64,000 nt of DNA from Ferrithrix thermotolerans DSM 19514 (GCA_945861025.1 CAMASN010000005.1:7239-71238); one strand, 5' to 3'. Shown: positions 1 through 8,789, counted from the first letter of the stretch. Translations and numbers: made by a program. Notes: a model not told the origin generated them from the letters alone.

Positions 1-997
1 ACGCAATGTCGGTTGGGCCGTGGATGCTGATGTCGTTGCCGTAGCGCTCGGTGAGCGTGCGGATGGCGTATGAACCCAACTTCATTTCGTGCTCGCGAAC
101 ATTGGCCATGCCCAGATTGCTCAGGTAATCAACCGCTGCGCCGAGACCTATGGTCTCGATGATTGCCGGAGTGCCCGCCTCGAACTTGGCGGGCAGGGGA
201 GCAGTGGTGAAACCGTCGAGACGAACGTCGGCGATCATGTTGCCGCCGCCGAGAAATGGCGGCATGGCATCGAGCAGTTGCTCGCGGCCCCACAGCACTC
301 CGATACCGCTAGGCCCGCACATTTTGTGGCTGCTGAAGGCCAAGAAATCGGCACCCCATGCCTGCACATCGGTGACGTTGTGCGGCACGTATTGGCAACC
401 ATCGACAATGGCAATGGCGCCGGCTGCATGAGCCGCGTCGCACAATTGCTGCACCGGTGTAATGGTTCCGAGCACGTTGCTCATTGCGGTGAAGCTGAAC
501 ACCTTGGCGTCGGTGAGTAATGCGGTGAGATCGGTGAGGTCGAGTTGACCATCGGCGGTAAGCGGAACCCAACGCAGCACGATGCCACGCTCGGCCTGCA
601 ACATGTGCCACGGCACGATGTTGGCGTGATGCTCGAGATGGGTGAGCACCACGACATCGCCAGCATTCAGATTGGCACGACCCCAGCTGTAGGCGAGCAG
701 GTTGAGCGACTCGGTTGTGTTCTTGGTGAAGATCACTTCGTCGGCCGAACGTGCGTTGATGAACCGAGCAACTTTGGAACGAGCAGCTTCGAACGCATCG
801 GTTGCTTCGCCGGCCAGTCGGTAGGCGCTGCGGTTGATGGGGGCGTACGAGTTCTGCATGAACGACGTCATTGCGTCGATGACTTGGCGTGGCTTCTGCG
901 ACGTGTTGGCAGAGTCGAGATACACAATCGGCGCGCCGTCGATGAAACGTTCGAAGATAGGGAAGTCCTTGCGGACAAGCGCTCCGTCGAAGCTCAT
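1..997 (-). CDS. sufS: Cysteine desulfurase SufS (PLP-dependent, class V aminotransferase); C-terminal end cut by the window edge
   Basis: Own minus-strand translation from the ATG at 995-997: MSFDGALVRKDFPIFERFIDGAPIVYLDSANTSQKP...FLAFSSHKMCGPSGIGVLWG (SSHK PLP-lysine motif). It lies directly downstream of sufC. It is not in the ORF track because it runs off the window. Confidence 0.9.
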   Translation of the reverse strand, partial: MSFDGALVRKDFPIFERFIDGAPIVYLDSANTSQKPRQVIDAMTSFMQNSYAPINRSAYRLAGEATDAFEAARSKVARFINARSADEVIFTKNTTESLNLLAYSWGRANLNAGDVVVLTHLEHHANIVPWHMLQAERGIVLRWVPLTADGQLDLTDLTALLTDAKVFSFTAMSNVLGTITPVQQLCDAAHAAGAIAIVDGCQYVPHNVTDVQAWGADFLAFSSHKMCGPSGIGVLWGREQLLDAMPPFLGGGNMIADVRLDGFTTAPLPAKFEAGTPAIIETIGLGAAVDYLSNLGMANVREHEMKLGSYAIRTLTERYGNDISIHGPTDIA

Positions 998-1000
998 GGA

Positions 1001-1750
1001 TTACGCCCGGAAGGATTCGTAGCCGTCGGCTTCGAGCTTCTCGGCCAGCTCCATGCCGCCCGAGGCCACAATGCGGCCGTCGATGAGAATGTGCACATGG
1101 TCGGGCTGCAGCTCGTTGAGCAAGCGCTGGTAATGCGTGATGAGCACGATGCCGAGCGTAGGCCGATCGACCTTGACCTCGCGAATGCCCTTGGCCACGA
1201 TGCGAAGCGCATCGATGTCGAGGCCAGAGTCGGTCTCATCGAGAATGGCCAAGTCGGGCTCGAGAATGGCCATCTGCATGATCTCGTTGCGCTTCTTTTC
1301 GCCGCCGCTGAAACCCTCGTTGAGGTACCGGTCGACGAAGCTCGAATCCATACCGAGGCGCTTCATCCAATCCATGGTCGCAAGGCGAAGTTCGAGCACC
1401 GACAGGTCGATGCCTTTACGAGCGCTGAGTGCCTGACGAAGGAACTGGATCACCGAAACGCCGGGGATTTCTTGCGGATACTGAAAGCCCAAGAACATGC
1501 CAGCCTTGGCACGCACATCGGTAGGCCAAGCGGTGACATCGTCGCCACGAAAGTTGATGCTTCCGGAGGTGACTTCGTACTCGGGACTCGCAAGCAGGGT
1601 GCTGGCCAGCGTGCTTTTACCGCTGCCGTTCGGGCCCATAATTGCGTGTACTTCGCCCTCGTTCACGGTTAACGAAACGCCGCGCAGGATCTGAGTATCG
1701 CCCTCGACGGGCTTGGCATGCAGGTCTTCTATGCGAAAGAGTTCGCTCAC
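1001..1750 (-). CDS. sufC: Fe-S cluster assembly ATPase SufC
   Basis: 249-aa ORF with Walker A GPNGSGKST, ABC signature FSGGEKKR and Walker B LAILDETDSGLD. Adjacent to sufS. Confidence 0.95.
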   Translation of the reverse strand: MSELFRIEDLHAKPVEGDTQILRGVSLTVNEGEVHAIMGPNGSGKSTLASTLLASPEYEVTSGSINFRGDDVTAWPTDVRAKAGMFLGFQYPQEIPGVSVIQFLRQALSARKGIDLSVLELRLATMDWMKRLGMDSSFVDRYLNEGFSGGEKKRNEIMQMAILEPDLAILDETDSGLDIDALRIVAKGIREVKVDRPTLGIVLITHYQRLLNELQPDHVHILIDGRIVASGGMELAEKLEADGYESFRA

Positions 1751-1837
1751 GTGGGGCAGTCTACGCAGATGGCCATTCGATTAACACTACGTACATAGGA
1801 GAAATGGAGTCATCGGTCACGATGGCTGCCATGAGGC

Positions 1838-2818
1838 CTACGAAGCGGTCTGCAGCGCCTTCCAGAGCGCCGGATAACTGGCGTACTCGAGCGTGTCATC
1901 GATGTAGCCGCTGTCGTGCAGTGCTTGGTTGAACCGAGGCAGGTTGCGCATCGGCACGCCCGAATCCACGTGGTGGGCGAGGTGCAAACCAATGTTGTAC
2001 GGAACCAGCATGAACCGCGCTAGCGGATGTTGGCGCACCGCATGAGTGGTGATGCGGCGATCTTTTGAGGCCGACATCCCGCCGTGCTCGGCGATAGACC
2101 GCAGGCGGTTGATGACCCGCCACACGGTGAGATAGGGGAGCAACCAGAACACTAGGTAGAGCCACCACGCGTCGGCCACGATGCATGCCGCGAACATCGC
2201 TAACTGCAGCACCCAGATCTTGCGTTGCGTGTTGCGCACCACTGCCTCGGGTGCGCTGAGGCTGCGCAGTTGTTGGCGCAAGAGTTTGAGGCCGGTGCGG
2301 CCGGTGGCATCGCGCATGAGCTTGCGACGAAGCGACGCGGCGGCTACGGGGTAGCTGGCGTACAGCGCGAAGTCGGGTTCGTCGGGACCGAACTCTTCGC
2401 GGTGATGTGCCATGTGCACGCGGCGGTATCCGTCGGTAGTGGTGAAGCCGGGGAAGCCGAGCAGCCAACGCCCAACGGTGTCGTTGAGTGTGCGATTCTT
2501 GAACAGCAAGCGATGCGCGGCCTCATGCATGAGTGATGCGAACTGAGCGTGAGTGCGGCCCATCAATACGAACACGATTGGCCATGTGAGTAATCGCCAC
2601 AGGCCTGGCGATGCGACGACAACTGCGACGAGCGCGGCGACCTGCACGTAGAGGAACGCAACGCTGAGGCCGTTGCGAAGCGACGGGATGCGGCGCAGTT
2701 CGTCGCGCATCGCCGATTGCGGTCGCCCATCGGCGCGGATGAGTGCGGTCTCGTGCGCAGATGGCAATGACTCCACACGTGGACTCATGCCTCCGAGACG
2801 AATGCCGCTGCTGTTCAT
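1838..2818 (-). CDS. Membrane fatty-acid desaturase family protein
   Basis: Histidine boxes HEAAHRLLF, HMAHHREEF and HLAHHVD, plus hydrophobic segments. The ATG at 2816-2818 overlaps the upstream gene's TGA by 1 nt; the track start at 2839 is an alternative. Confidence 0.85.
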   Translation of the reverse strand: MNSSGIRLGGMSPRVESLPSAHETALIRADGRPQSAMRDELRRIPSLRNGLSVAFLYVQVAALVAVVVASPGLWRLLTWPIVFVLMGRTHAQFASLMHEAAHRLLFKNRTLNDTVGRWLLGFPGFTTTDGYRRVHMAHHREEFGPDEPDFALYASYPVAAASLRRKLMRDATGRTGLKLLRQQLRSLSAPEAVVRNTQRKIWVLQLAMFAACIVADAWWLYLVFWLLPYLTVWRVINRLRSIAEHGGMSASKDRRITTHAVRQHPLARFMLVPYNIGLHLAHHVDSGVPMRNLPRFNQALHDSGYIDDTLEYASYPALWKALQTAS

Positions 2819-3432
2819 CACCAGCCTCGGTCGACCCATTCCCGCAAGTGCGGGCGCTCGTGGCCAATGGTGGTGTCGAGCCCGTGGCCGGGCAACACGA
2901 TGGTGCTCGGCGGCAAGGTGAACAGCTTGTTGTCGATGGAGTCGATGATGGTGTTGAAGTCGCCGCCTTCGAACTTGGTGCCGCCGGGGCCGCCGGGAAA
3001 CAGGGTGTCGCCGCTGAACAAGAGCGGCGCGCCTTCTATGAGAAACGAGATCGAGCCTGGCGTGTGGCCCGGATTGTGGATGGCGTGCAAGCGCAAGCGT
3101 CCAACCTCGATAACTTCGGCGTCGTCGATGAATACGTCGTAGCCAACGTCTTTGAGCATCGGCGCGTCGGCGGCGGTGACGGCAACTGAAAGTCCTGCCT
3201 CACGCAGCGCGGGCACGGCCTGAATGTGATCCCAGTGGCCGTGAGTTTCAAGCACTCGACGCACGTTGAGAGCAGTGCACAACTCGAGCAACTTCTCGTG
3301 CTCGTTGGCTGCGTCGATCAATACGGCTTCGCCGGTTTCACGGCAACGAATGACGAACACGTTGTTGTCATATGAACCAACGACAAGGCGATGCACTTCG
3401 AGTCGGCTGTCAGCCCAATGCAGAGTGGTCAT
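2818..3432 (-). CDS. MBL-fold metallo-hydrolase (glyoxalase II-like)
   Basis: 204-aa ORF with the THGHWDHIQA metal-binding motif and later HTPGS / GD...PGGPG segments. Confidence 0.85.
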   Translation of the reverse strand: MTTLHWADSRLEVHRLVVGSYDNNVFVIRCRETGEAVLIDAANEHEKLLELCTALNVRRVLETHGHWDHIQAVPALREAGLSVAVTAADAPMLKDVGYDVFIDDAEVIEVGRLRLHAIHNPGHTPGSISFLIEGAPLLFSGDTLFPGGPGGTKFEGGDFNTIIDSIDNKLFTLPPSTIVLPGHGLDTTIGHERPHLREWVDRGW

Positions 3433-3471
3433 TTCGAAAGTCTGCCATCACGGCACACTCGATGCTGACGC

Positions 3472-3876
3472 CTAACTGGACAACACATCGAAGTTCATTG
3501 ATAGCGCCACGGGAATCTGGGCGGCATCGAAGGTGACGAAACGAATGGGTCGCGGCAGGCGATCGGCGGCTGCGAGATGTAACGCATCGCTGAGGCGCAA
3601 CGGTTGATCTCGCATCAGCCGCGCCGCGCGATCGAGGCACGCTTGATCAACCGGCACGATGGCCAAACGGTCCCATGTGAGGCGCACGTAATCTTCGAGG
3701 TCTTGGCGCAGGATCGGCTCTTCGGTCACGCGGTCGATGAGCGCCAGTGCCTCGACTAACGTGAGCGCACTGGTGCACCATTCGGCATCGTCGTTCATCG
3801 CGGTGGTCACGTGCTCGCGAATGGGTGCGTCGAGATGCAGCGCCACGAGCGCACTGGCATCGAGATACAGAGTCAT
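3472..3876 (-). CDS. vapC: PIN-domain ribonuclease toxin (VapC family)
   Basis: Internal start MTLYLDASALVALH...LRLSDALHLAAADRL, with acidic PIN residues at the expected positions. The ATGA overlaps the upstream antitoxin stop. The 126-aa Arg-rich N-terminal extension in the track ORF was rejected. Confidence 0.8.
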   Translation of the reverse strand: MTLYLDASALVALHLDAPIREHVTTAMNDDAEWCTSALTLVEALALIDRVTEEPILRQDLEDYVRLTWDRLAIVPVDQACLDRAARLMRDQPLRLSDALHLAAADRLPRPIRFVTFDAAQIPVALSMNFDVLSS

Positions 3877-4157
3877 CCTCGAACCTCGCGCAGTAGTCGG
3901 TCGAGGCGAACGCTGCCCCAGACCTGAATGGTGTTCGGCTGCGACGCGGCGCTGCGTCGCTCGGTGCGCCGCGGGGCGATGAGTAAACCCTGCGCGACGA
4001 GTTCGTCGAGTGATCGTTCGGCTCCGTGACTGGTGAGTGGCGCCAACTGCGCAACGGGTCGTCCGCCCACGGTGATTACGGTGCGTTGCCCGCCCTCGGC
4101 TCGACGCACCGCCGCAGCGGCGCTGGCGCGTAGTTCGCGAATGCCTATTCGTTCCAT
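3873..4157 (-). CDS. Phd/YefM-type antitoxin
   Basis: MERIGIRELRASAAAAVRRAEGGQRTVITVGGRPVAQLAPL..., about 94 aa. Its stop overlaps the vapC start (ATGA). A palindrome lies just upstream. Confidence 0.75.
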   Translation of the reverse strand: MERIGIRELRASAAAAVRRAEGGQRTVITVGGRPVAQLAPLTSHGAERSLDELVAQGLLIAPRRTERRSAASQPNTIQVWGSVRLDRLLREVRG

Positions 4158-4165
4158 CGGGCGAG

Positions 4166-4181
4166 TGTACACATGTGTACA
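4166..4181. promoter_or_regulatory. Perfect 16-bp palindrome TGTACACATGTGTACA; candidate antitoxin operator
   Basis: Read directly. It sits 9 nt upstream of the antitoxin start, in the 61-nt divergent region shared with the acyl-CoA dehydrogenase gene. Confidence 0.55.
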
Positions 4182-4218
4182 TTCTTCGAGTTGACGACGC
4201 ACCGTTCGGCGCGACAGC

Positions 4219-5343
4219 ATGATCGCTATGAACTTTGCATTTACAGACGAACAAGAAGAACTCCGTAAGACAGTCCGCAGCTTCCTCGAGAGCAAGTCGG
4301 CCGAGACCGCGGTTCGCGAGCAGATGGAAACCGAGTCAGGTTTCGATCCCGCCATCTGGAGCCAGATGGGCGAGCAGATGGGTCTGCAGGGTCTGCACAT
4401 TCCAGAGGCATACGGGGGCAGCGGCTATGGCTATGTAGAGCTCGGCATCGTGCTCGAAGAAATGGGTCGCTCACTGTTGTGCGCACCGTTCTTCAGCACC
4501 GTGGTGCTCGCAGCCAACACCCTCATCCATAGCGGTGACGAAGCAGCCAAGCAGGCATACCTGCCAGGCATCGCCAGCGGCGAGACCATCGCCACGGTTG
4601 CCTTCACCGAGCCAAGCGGCAAGTGGGACGAAGCCGGCATCACGATGCCAGCCTCGGGTAGCGGCGACAGCTACACACTCACCGGCACCAAGATGTTCGT
4701 CATCGACGGCCACACTGCCAACCTCATCATCGTTGCGGCTCGCACCGCAGGCGGCGTGAGCTTGTTCGCAGTCGAGGGCAACGCAGCCGGCCTCACCCGC
4801 ACGGCGCTGTCCACCATGGACCAGACCCGCAAGCAGGCCAAGCTCGAGTTCGCAAACACTCCTGCCAAGCTCATCGGAGCCGAGGGCAAGGGTTGGGACA
4901 CTCTCAACACCGTGCTCGACCTTGCTGCTGTCGGCCTCGCAGCCGAGCAAGTTGGCGGCGCTCAGAAGGTGCTCGAGATGGCTGTCGAATACGCCAAGGT
5001 GCGCGTTCAGTTCGGTCGCCCAATCGGTTCGTTCCAGGCCATCAAGCACAAGTGCGCCGACATGCTGCTCGAAGTTGAGTCAGCCAAGTCAGCTGCGTAC
5101 TACGGCATGTGGTGTGCATCAGAGATGAACGACGAGCTCGCCTCGGTCGCTTCGCTCGCCAAGGCCTATTGCTCAGAGGCGTACTTCCACGCCACAGCCG
5201 AGAACATTCAGATTCACGGCGGCATCGGCTTCACCTGGGAACACCCAGCACACCTGTACTTCAAGCGTGCGAAGTCGAGCGAGTTGCTGTTCGGCGATCC
5301 TACGTATCACCGCGAGCTGCTTGCTCAGCGCATCGGCATCTGA
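4219..5343 (+). CDS. Acyl-CoA dehydrogenase family protein
   Basis: 374 aa. FTDEQEELRKTVRSFL N-terminus; C-terminal ...ENIQIHGGIGFTWEHPAHLYFKRAK typical of ACADs. Confidence 0.9.
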   Translation: MIAMNFAFTDEQEELRKTVRSFLESKSAETAVREQMETESGFDPAIWSQMGEQMGLQGLHIPEAYGGSGYGYVELGIVLEEMGRSLLCAPFFSTVVLAANTLIHSGDEAAKQAYLPGIASGETIATVAFTEPSGKWDEAGITMPASGSGDSYTLTGTKMFVIDGHTANLIIVAARTAGGVSLFAVEGNAAGLTRTALSTMDQTRKQAKLEFANTPAKLIGAEGKGWDTLNTVLDLAAVGLAAEQVGGAQKVLEMAVEYAKVRVQFGRPIGSFQAIKHKCADMLLEVESAKSAAYYGMWCASEMNDELASVASLAKAYCSEAYFHATAENIQIHGGIGFTWEHPAHLYFKRAKSSELLFGDPTYHRELLAQRIGI

Positions 5344-5416
5344 CCGACCGCAAACTAAACATAACGCAACCTCGATCAAGAGGGTGGCCGTAGGCCGGTG
5401 AGTAAGCTCACCAATA

Positions 5417-5875
5417 GTGCCTACGATCACCCTCTTTTTCATTGCCCTTGCAGCCGTATTCACCTTCGTGTTGGCTGCTGTAGTTGTTGGCCGTGAGGCC
5501 CATCGCCTCGATGCGCTTGCGCCGAGGGTGGTCTACATCGAAGAGCAGGCCATTGCCTTCGTAGCCGAGCGCTTGCCCGACGAAACGCAAGCTCGGCTCA
5601 CACTCGAAGAGCTCGCCCAGTTGCTCACCTTTCACTTGCGTTGGCTCAACGCCAAAGGCCTGCAGCCCGACGATGTGATCGACCGTCGTCAGAGCGCCGA
5701 TGCGAGTGTGGTGGTCGAAAGCGTCGATGTCGCCGCCTATTTGCTGGGCGCGGCCGAGAGCCACGGAATCGAGATCCTCGACGATGTTGATGTCGTGCAT
5801 GTGGTCGAGGCGCATCAGCAATACTTCGATGCCATTGGCGCTGTGGGTCCTCTCGCACATGAAATCGACGGCTGA
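5417..5875 (+). CDS. Hypothetical protein with an N-terminal transmembrane anchor
   Basis: 152-aa ORF. N-terminus ITLFFIALAAVFTFVLAAVVVG, followed by an acidic soluble part. No family recognised. Confidence 0.5.
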   Translation: MPTITLFFIALAAVFTFVLAAVVVGREAHRLDALAPRVVYIEEQAIAFVAERLPDETQARLTLEELAQLLTFHLRWLNAKGLQPDDVIDRRQSADASVVVESVDVAAYLLGAAESHGIEILDDVDVVHVVEAHQQYFDAIGAVGPLAHEIDG

Positions 5876-5893
5876 GCCGCACGGCGGCTAACT

Positions 5894-6127
5894 TTGGCCT
5901 CTATGGAACGGCCCACGCGGTTTGAGCACACCCAGTTTCTTGGCGACAAGCGTACGCAGCTGGTCTACGACGTAGACGCATGGACCGATGCGTCTGTTAT
6001 CGACGAGATCGTCGCCAGCGAAACGGGTCTTTGCTTTGGTCCCGACACACTGGCCGAGGCTCGCAACCGCGGTTACGCGTTGGCCGTGCCGGGTGCCCAT
6101 CGCAGGCATCGCAAACCGCGTGCCTGA
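5894..6127 (+). CDS. Small hypothetical protein
   Basis: 77-aa ORF that fills the gap ahead of the hydrolase gene. Codon third positions are moderately GC-rich. No recognisable family. Confidence 0.3.
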   Translation: MASMERPTRFEHTQFLGDKRTQLVYDVDAWTDASVIDEIVASETGLCFGPDTLAEARNRGYALAVPGAHRRHRKPRA

Positions 6128-6148
6128 TTCTCCTGTGAGCGACTCGTT

Positions 6149-6907
6149 ATGAACGGTTCGTTCCTGTCTGGCGGGCGGAAACTTGCTCGCTATTTGGCCA
6201 TGCCGGCGGGGCGTAACGAGCCGTTGCCAGGCCTCATTTTGTGCCACGGATTTCCCATTGGGCCAATCGATGCGCGTCACTCGGGCGTCACATTTCCTGA
6301 GCTCATCGATCGCGCTGCCAACGAGCTCGGTTGGGCAGCGATGACCTTCACCTTTCGCGGATGCGGCGAGAGCGAAGGCGACTTCTCGCTGCAGTCTTGG
6401 GTCGACGATCTGCGCGCAGCAATCGACCATCTCATCGAGGAGGCCGAGCCGTCGGGCATCTGGTTAGTGGGCACCAACACTGGTGGGTCCATCGCAGTGT
6501 GCGTAGCGGCCGATGATCCTCGAGTGCGCGGTGCGGCGTTGTTGGCGCCACGAGCCGACTTCGACGATTGGGCCGAGCAGCCCCGGCGATTCTTAGAGCA
6601 CGCTCGCGACACCGGTGCCGTTCGCACACCAGGGTTCCCCAAGGATTACGAAGAGTGGAGTCGCGAGTTGCGCCGCTTTCGTCCAGCCGAGGCGGCTCGC
6701 CGTTTGGCACCGCGTCCGCTGCTAGTGATGCACGGTGACGACGATGAAAGCGTGCCAGTGGCCGATGCTCGAGTGCTCGCCGAAGCGCATGGCAGCGCCG
6801 AGTTGCGTCTGGTCGCCGGAGCCGGTCACCGTCTGCGTCACGATCCTCGTGCGGTGGCGATTCTGCTCGGCTGGCTCGACCGCCAACGCCTCACCGACGC
6901 CCTGTAA
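6149..6907 (+). CDS. Alpha/beta hydrolase
   Basis: LILCHGFPIGP, nucleophile-elbow-like GTNTGGS, and HGDDDESVPV...GAGHRL. Confidence 0.8.
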   Translation: MNGSFLSGGRKLARYLAMPAGRNEPLPGLILCHGFPIGPIDARHSGVTFPELIDRAANELGWAAMTFTFRGCGESEGDFSLQSWVDDLRAAIDHLIEEAEPSGIWLVGTNTGGSIAVCVAADDPRVRGAALLAPRADFDDWAEQPRRFLEHARDTGAVRTPGFPKDYEEWSRELRRFRPAEAARRLAPRPLLVMHGDDDESVPVADARVLAEAHGSAELRLVAGAGHRLRHDPRAVAILLGWLDRQRLTDAL

Positions 6908-6942
6908 AGCGTCAGCGCACGGTTGACGTGCGCTGGTGCTTT
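6906..6942 (+). terminator. Stem-loop after the hydrolase gene (copy 1 of a duplicated 43-bp element)
   Basis: AAAGCGTCAGCGCACG-GTTGA-CGTGCGCTGGTGCTTT. Relative to copy 2, the two differences become G.U wobbles in the plus-sense RNA, so a 16-bp stem is kept. Confidence 0.5.
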
Positions 6943-6953
6943 ATGGAGGCGGT

Positions 6954-6979
6954 TGTACATCAACGTACATTGATGTACA
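6954..6979. promoter_or_regulatory. Inverted repeat TGTACATCAA-CGTACA-TTGATGTACA; candidate antitoxin operator
   Basis: Read directly. The 10-bp arms are exact reverse complements. GTACAT occurs three times. It lies immediately upstream of the antitoxin start. Confidence 0.55.
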
Positions 6980-6987
6980 TTTACGAG

Positions 6988-7281
6988 ATGTCGACGAGCG
7001 TAACCATGAGCGAGGCGCGAGCAATCTTGCCCGAGCTGCTTGATCGCGTTCTGAACGGCGACGAGATCACCCTCACTCGGCATGGGGTGCCGGTGGCCGT
7101 AATGGTGCGTCCCGACACATTGCGACTGCGTCGCGCCGATCAGGCGCTGGGCCGAGCCGCAAAGGTGCACGAGATCCTCGAACAGGGACGACGCCGCAAC
7201 CTAAACGCCACGCCCGGCGTGAGTCGTAAACGAGCTGAGACTCTTGTGAATAACGTGCAGTCGTCTCGTTCGCGGGGCTGA
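6988..7281 (+). CDS. Phd/YefM-type antitoxin
   Basis: MSTSVTMSEARAILPELLDRVLNGDEITLTRHGVPVAVMVRPD... The start is at 6988; 7006 is an alternative. The earlier track start at 6928 lies inside the terminator repeat. Confidence 0.75.
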   Translation: MSTSVTMSEARAILPELLDRVLNGDEITLTRHGVPVAVMVRPDTLRLRRADQALGRAAKVHEILEQGRRRNLNATPGVSRKRAETLVNNVQSSRSRG

Positions 7282-7291
7282 GCCCAGCCGC

Positions 7292-7720
7292 ATGGATGCC
7301 TTCGATGCCGATGTGATGATCTACGCAGCAGTGAAGGGGCACGCACTCGGGCGTCGGGTGCGAGCACTCTTCGCCGAGGTATCTGCCGCCGATGCTGATG
7401 CCGTAGCTGGTGTGGGGTCGGTGTTGTTGTTGCCTGAGTTGTTGGCGAAGCCAATGAGGGACAACGTCGGCACTGAGTTGGAAGAACTCGGCGCGCTGCT
7501 TGCTCGGCTCGATCTGCGGCCAGTAGATCAAGCCACGGCCGAACTCGCCACTGCGCTTGGCGCTTCATACGGCTTGCGAGCAGCAGATGCGACGCATCTT
7601 GCGACGGCTGTAATCGCCGGTGCTGACCGGTTCATTACCAATAACTCCAAGGACTTCCCGAAGTCGATTGTCGAGATCGACATCACCTACCCAGCCGACC
7701 TGCCCGACCCGCGCAAATAG
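7292..7720 (+). CDS. vapC: PIN-domain toxin (VapC family)
   Basis: MDAFDADVMIYAA...LLPELL...LRAADATHLATAVIAGADRFITNNSKDF. Starts 10 nt after the antitoxin stop. Confidence 0.8.
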   Translation: MDAFDADVMIYAAVKGHALGRRVRALFAEVSAADADAVAGVGSVLLLPELLAKPMRDNVGTELEELGALLARLDLRPVDQATAELATALGASYGLRAADATHLATAVIAGADRFITNNSKDFPKSIVEIDITYPADLPDPRK

Positions 7721-7761
7721 CGCGCAGTTGGCTGGCTCGTGGATCGTGGCGGGGCCTCCAG

Positions 7762-7798
7762 AAAGCGTCAGCGCACGGTTGACGTGCGCTGACGCTTT
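7762..7798. terminator. Perfect 16-bp stem / 5-nt loop hairpin between convergent genes (copy 2 of the 43-bp element)
   Basis: AAAGCGTCAGCGCACG-GTTGA-CGTGCGCTGACGCTTT. The 3' arm overlaps the stop codon (7797-7799) of the minus-strand GT2 gene. Confidence 0.6.
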
Positions 7799-8789
7799 AT
7801 GAAGCGCGGTAGGTGTCGGTGTCGAAGTTTGGTGACAGTCCGGCGGCGTAAGCGAACAGTGTTGATTCGGCGACGGTGCGTCGACGGGGGAGTTGGCGCC
7901 TAGCCAGCAGAGCCGCAGGCAACGCAACCAGTGCTCGGCCGAATGAGCGGATGCGTTGCACGCGATAGGGGCCGGTGATGCAGCCCTTGGCGTGCACGAT
8001 GAGTCGTGAGCCCCACACGCGCAACGCTGATTGCAGGGTGAAGTTCTTGGCGGCGCACAGCAGCAGATTGCGCTGCACGAGCTCGTATCGGGCAGGTTCG
8101 CCGAGCAACCGGGTAGAGGCTGCATGTTGGTGAAACACCACGGCGTTGGTGGCCGCCACAATGCGCTGGCCAGCGCGCTGGGCACGCAGCACCCAGTCGA
8201 TGTCTTCGTAGTACAACCGGTAGCGCTCGTCGAGCGGGCCGACGCTTGCGCTGTCGAAGGCGTCACAGCGGAACATTGCTGCGCTGAAACATGGTCCCAA
8301 TACATCGGCACCGTTGGATACCTGGTTGTTCCAGCGCTGACCGATGAATGCGTTGAACGCTTCGCCGTTGGGGCGGATAACAACGCCGATGCTGTCGATG
8401 AGGTCGGGCTGATTGGCGAGCATCACGCGAGGTGCTACTGCCACGATTGTCGGGTCGGCCGCAAGCGCAACGGCACACAGAGCGAGTGCGTTGGGGGCAA
8501 CCGTTGCGTCGTCGTTGAGCAACACGATTCCGTCGCCATCTCGCCGCGCAGTGAGGCCGATGTTCACACCACTGGCGAAGCCGTCGTTGCGCGGCGAGGT
8601 GATGAGTTGCACGCGTGAATGTGTGCGCCACTCGGCGCAGGCTGCGCCACGATCTGGGGAAGCGTTGTCGACAAGAACCACGCGGATATCGACGCCCTCA
8701 GAGTCGAGCAGCGACTGCACGCACGAATGAACCGTACTCGCGGTTGAACCGTGCACGACAACTACTGCCGTGACGGTGGGCGATGTCAC
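7797..8789 (-). CDS. Family 2 glycosyltransferase
   Basis: VTAVVVVHGSTAS...VVLVDNASPDRG...LLNDDA... (GT2 fold, DxD-like). The GTG at 8787-8789 forms a GTGA overlap with the galE stop; the track start at 8828 is an alternative. Confidence 0.85.
   Translation of the reverse strand: MTSPTVTAVVVVHGSTASTVHSCVQSLLDSEGVDIRVVLVDNASPDRGAACAEWRTHSRVQLITSPRNDGFASGVNIGLTARRDGDGIVLLNDDATVAPNALALCAVALAADPTIVAVAPRVMLANQPDLIDSIGVVIRPNGEAFNAFIGQRWNNQVSNGADVLGPCFSAAMFRCDAFDSASVGPLDERYRLYYEDIDWVLRAQRAGQRIVAATNAVVFHQHAASTRLLGEPARYELVQRNLLLCAAKNFTLQSALRVWGSRLIVHAKGCITGPYRVQRIRSFGRALVALPAALLARRQLPRRRTVAESTLFAYAAGLSPNFDTDTYRAS

Noticed and set aside
545-1672. 375-aa plus-strand ORF
   Set aside because: It lies entirely antisense to the clearly recognisable sufS and sufC genes. 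Its product is Val/Gly/Arg/His-rich with no motifs, which is a typical high-GC shadow ORF.
3877-4254. 126-aa N-terminal extension of the VapC ORF (track ORF 3472..4254)
   Set aside because: The extension is an Arg/Thr/His-rich reading of the antitoxin gene in another frame. The PIN domain starts at the internal ATG at 3876, which overlaps the antitoxin stop.
5888-6430. 180-aa minus-strand ORF
   Set aside because: It overlaps the 5' part of the alpha/beta hydrolase gene on the opposite strand and has no recognisable motifs.
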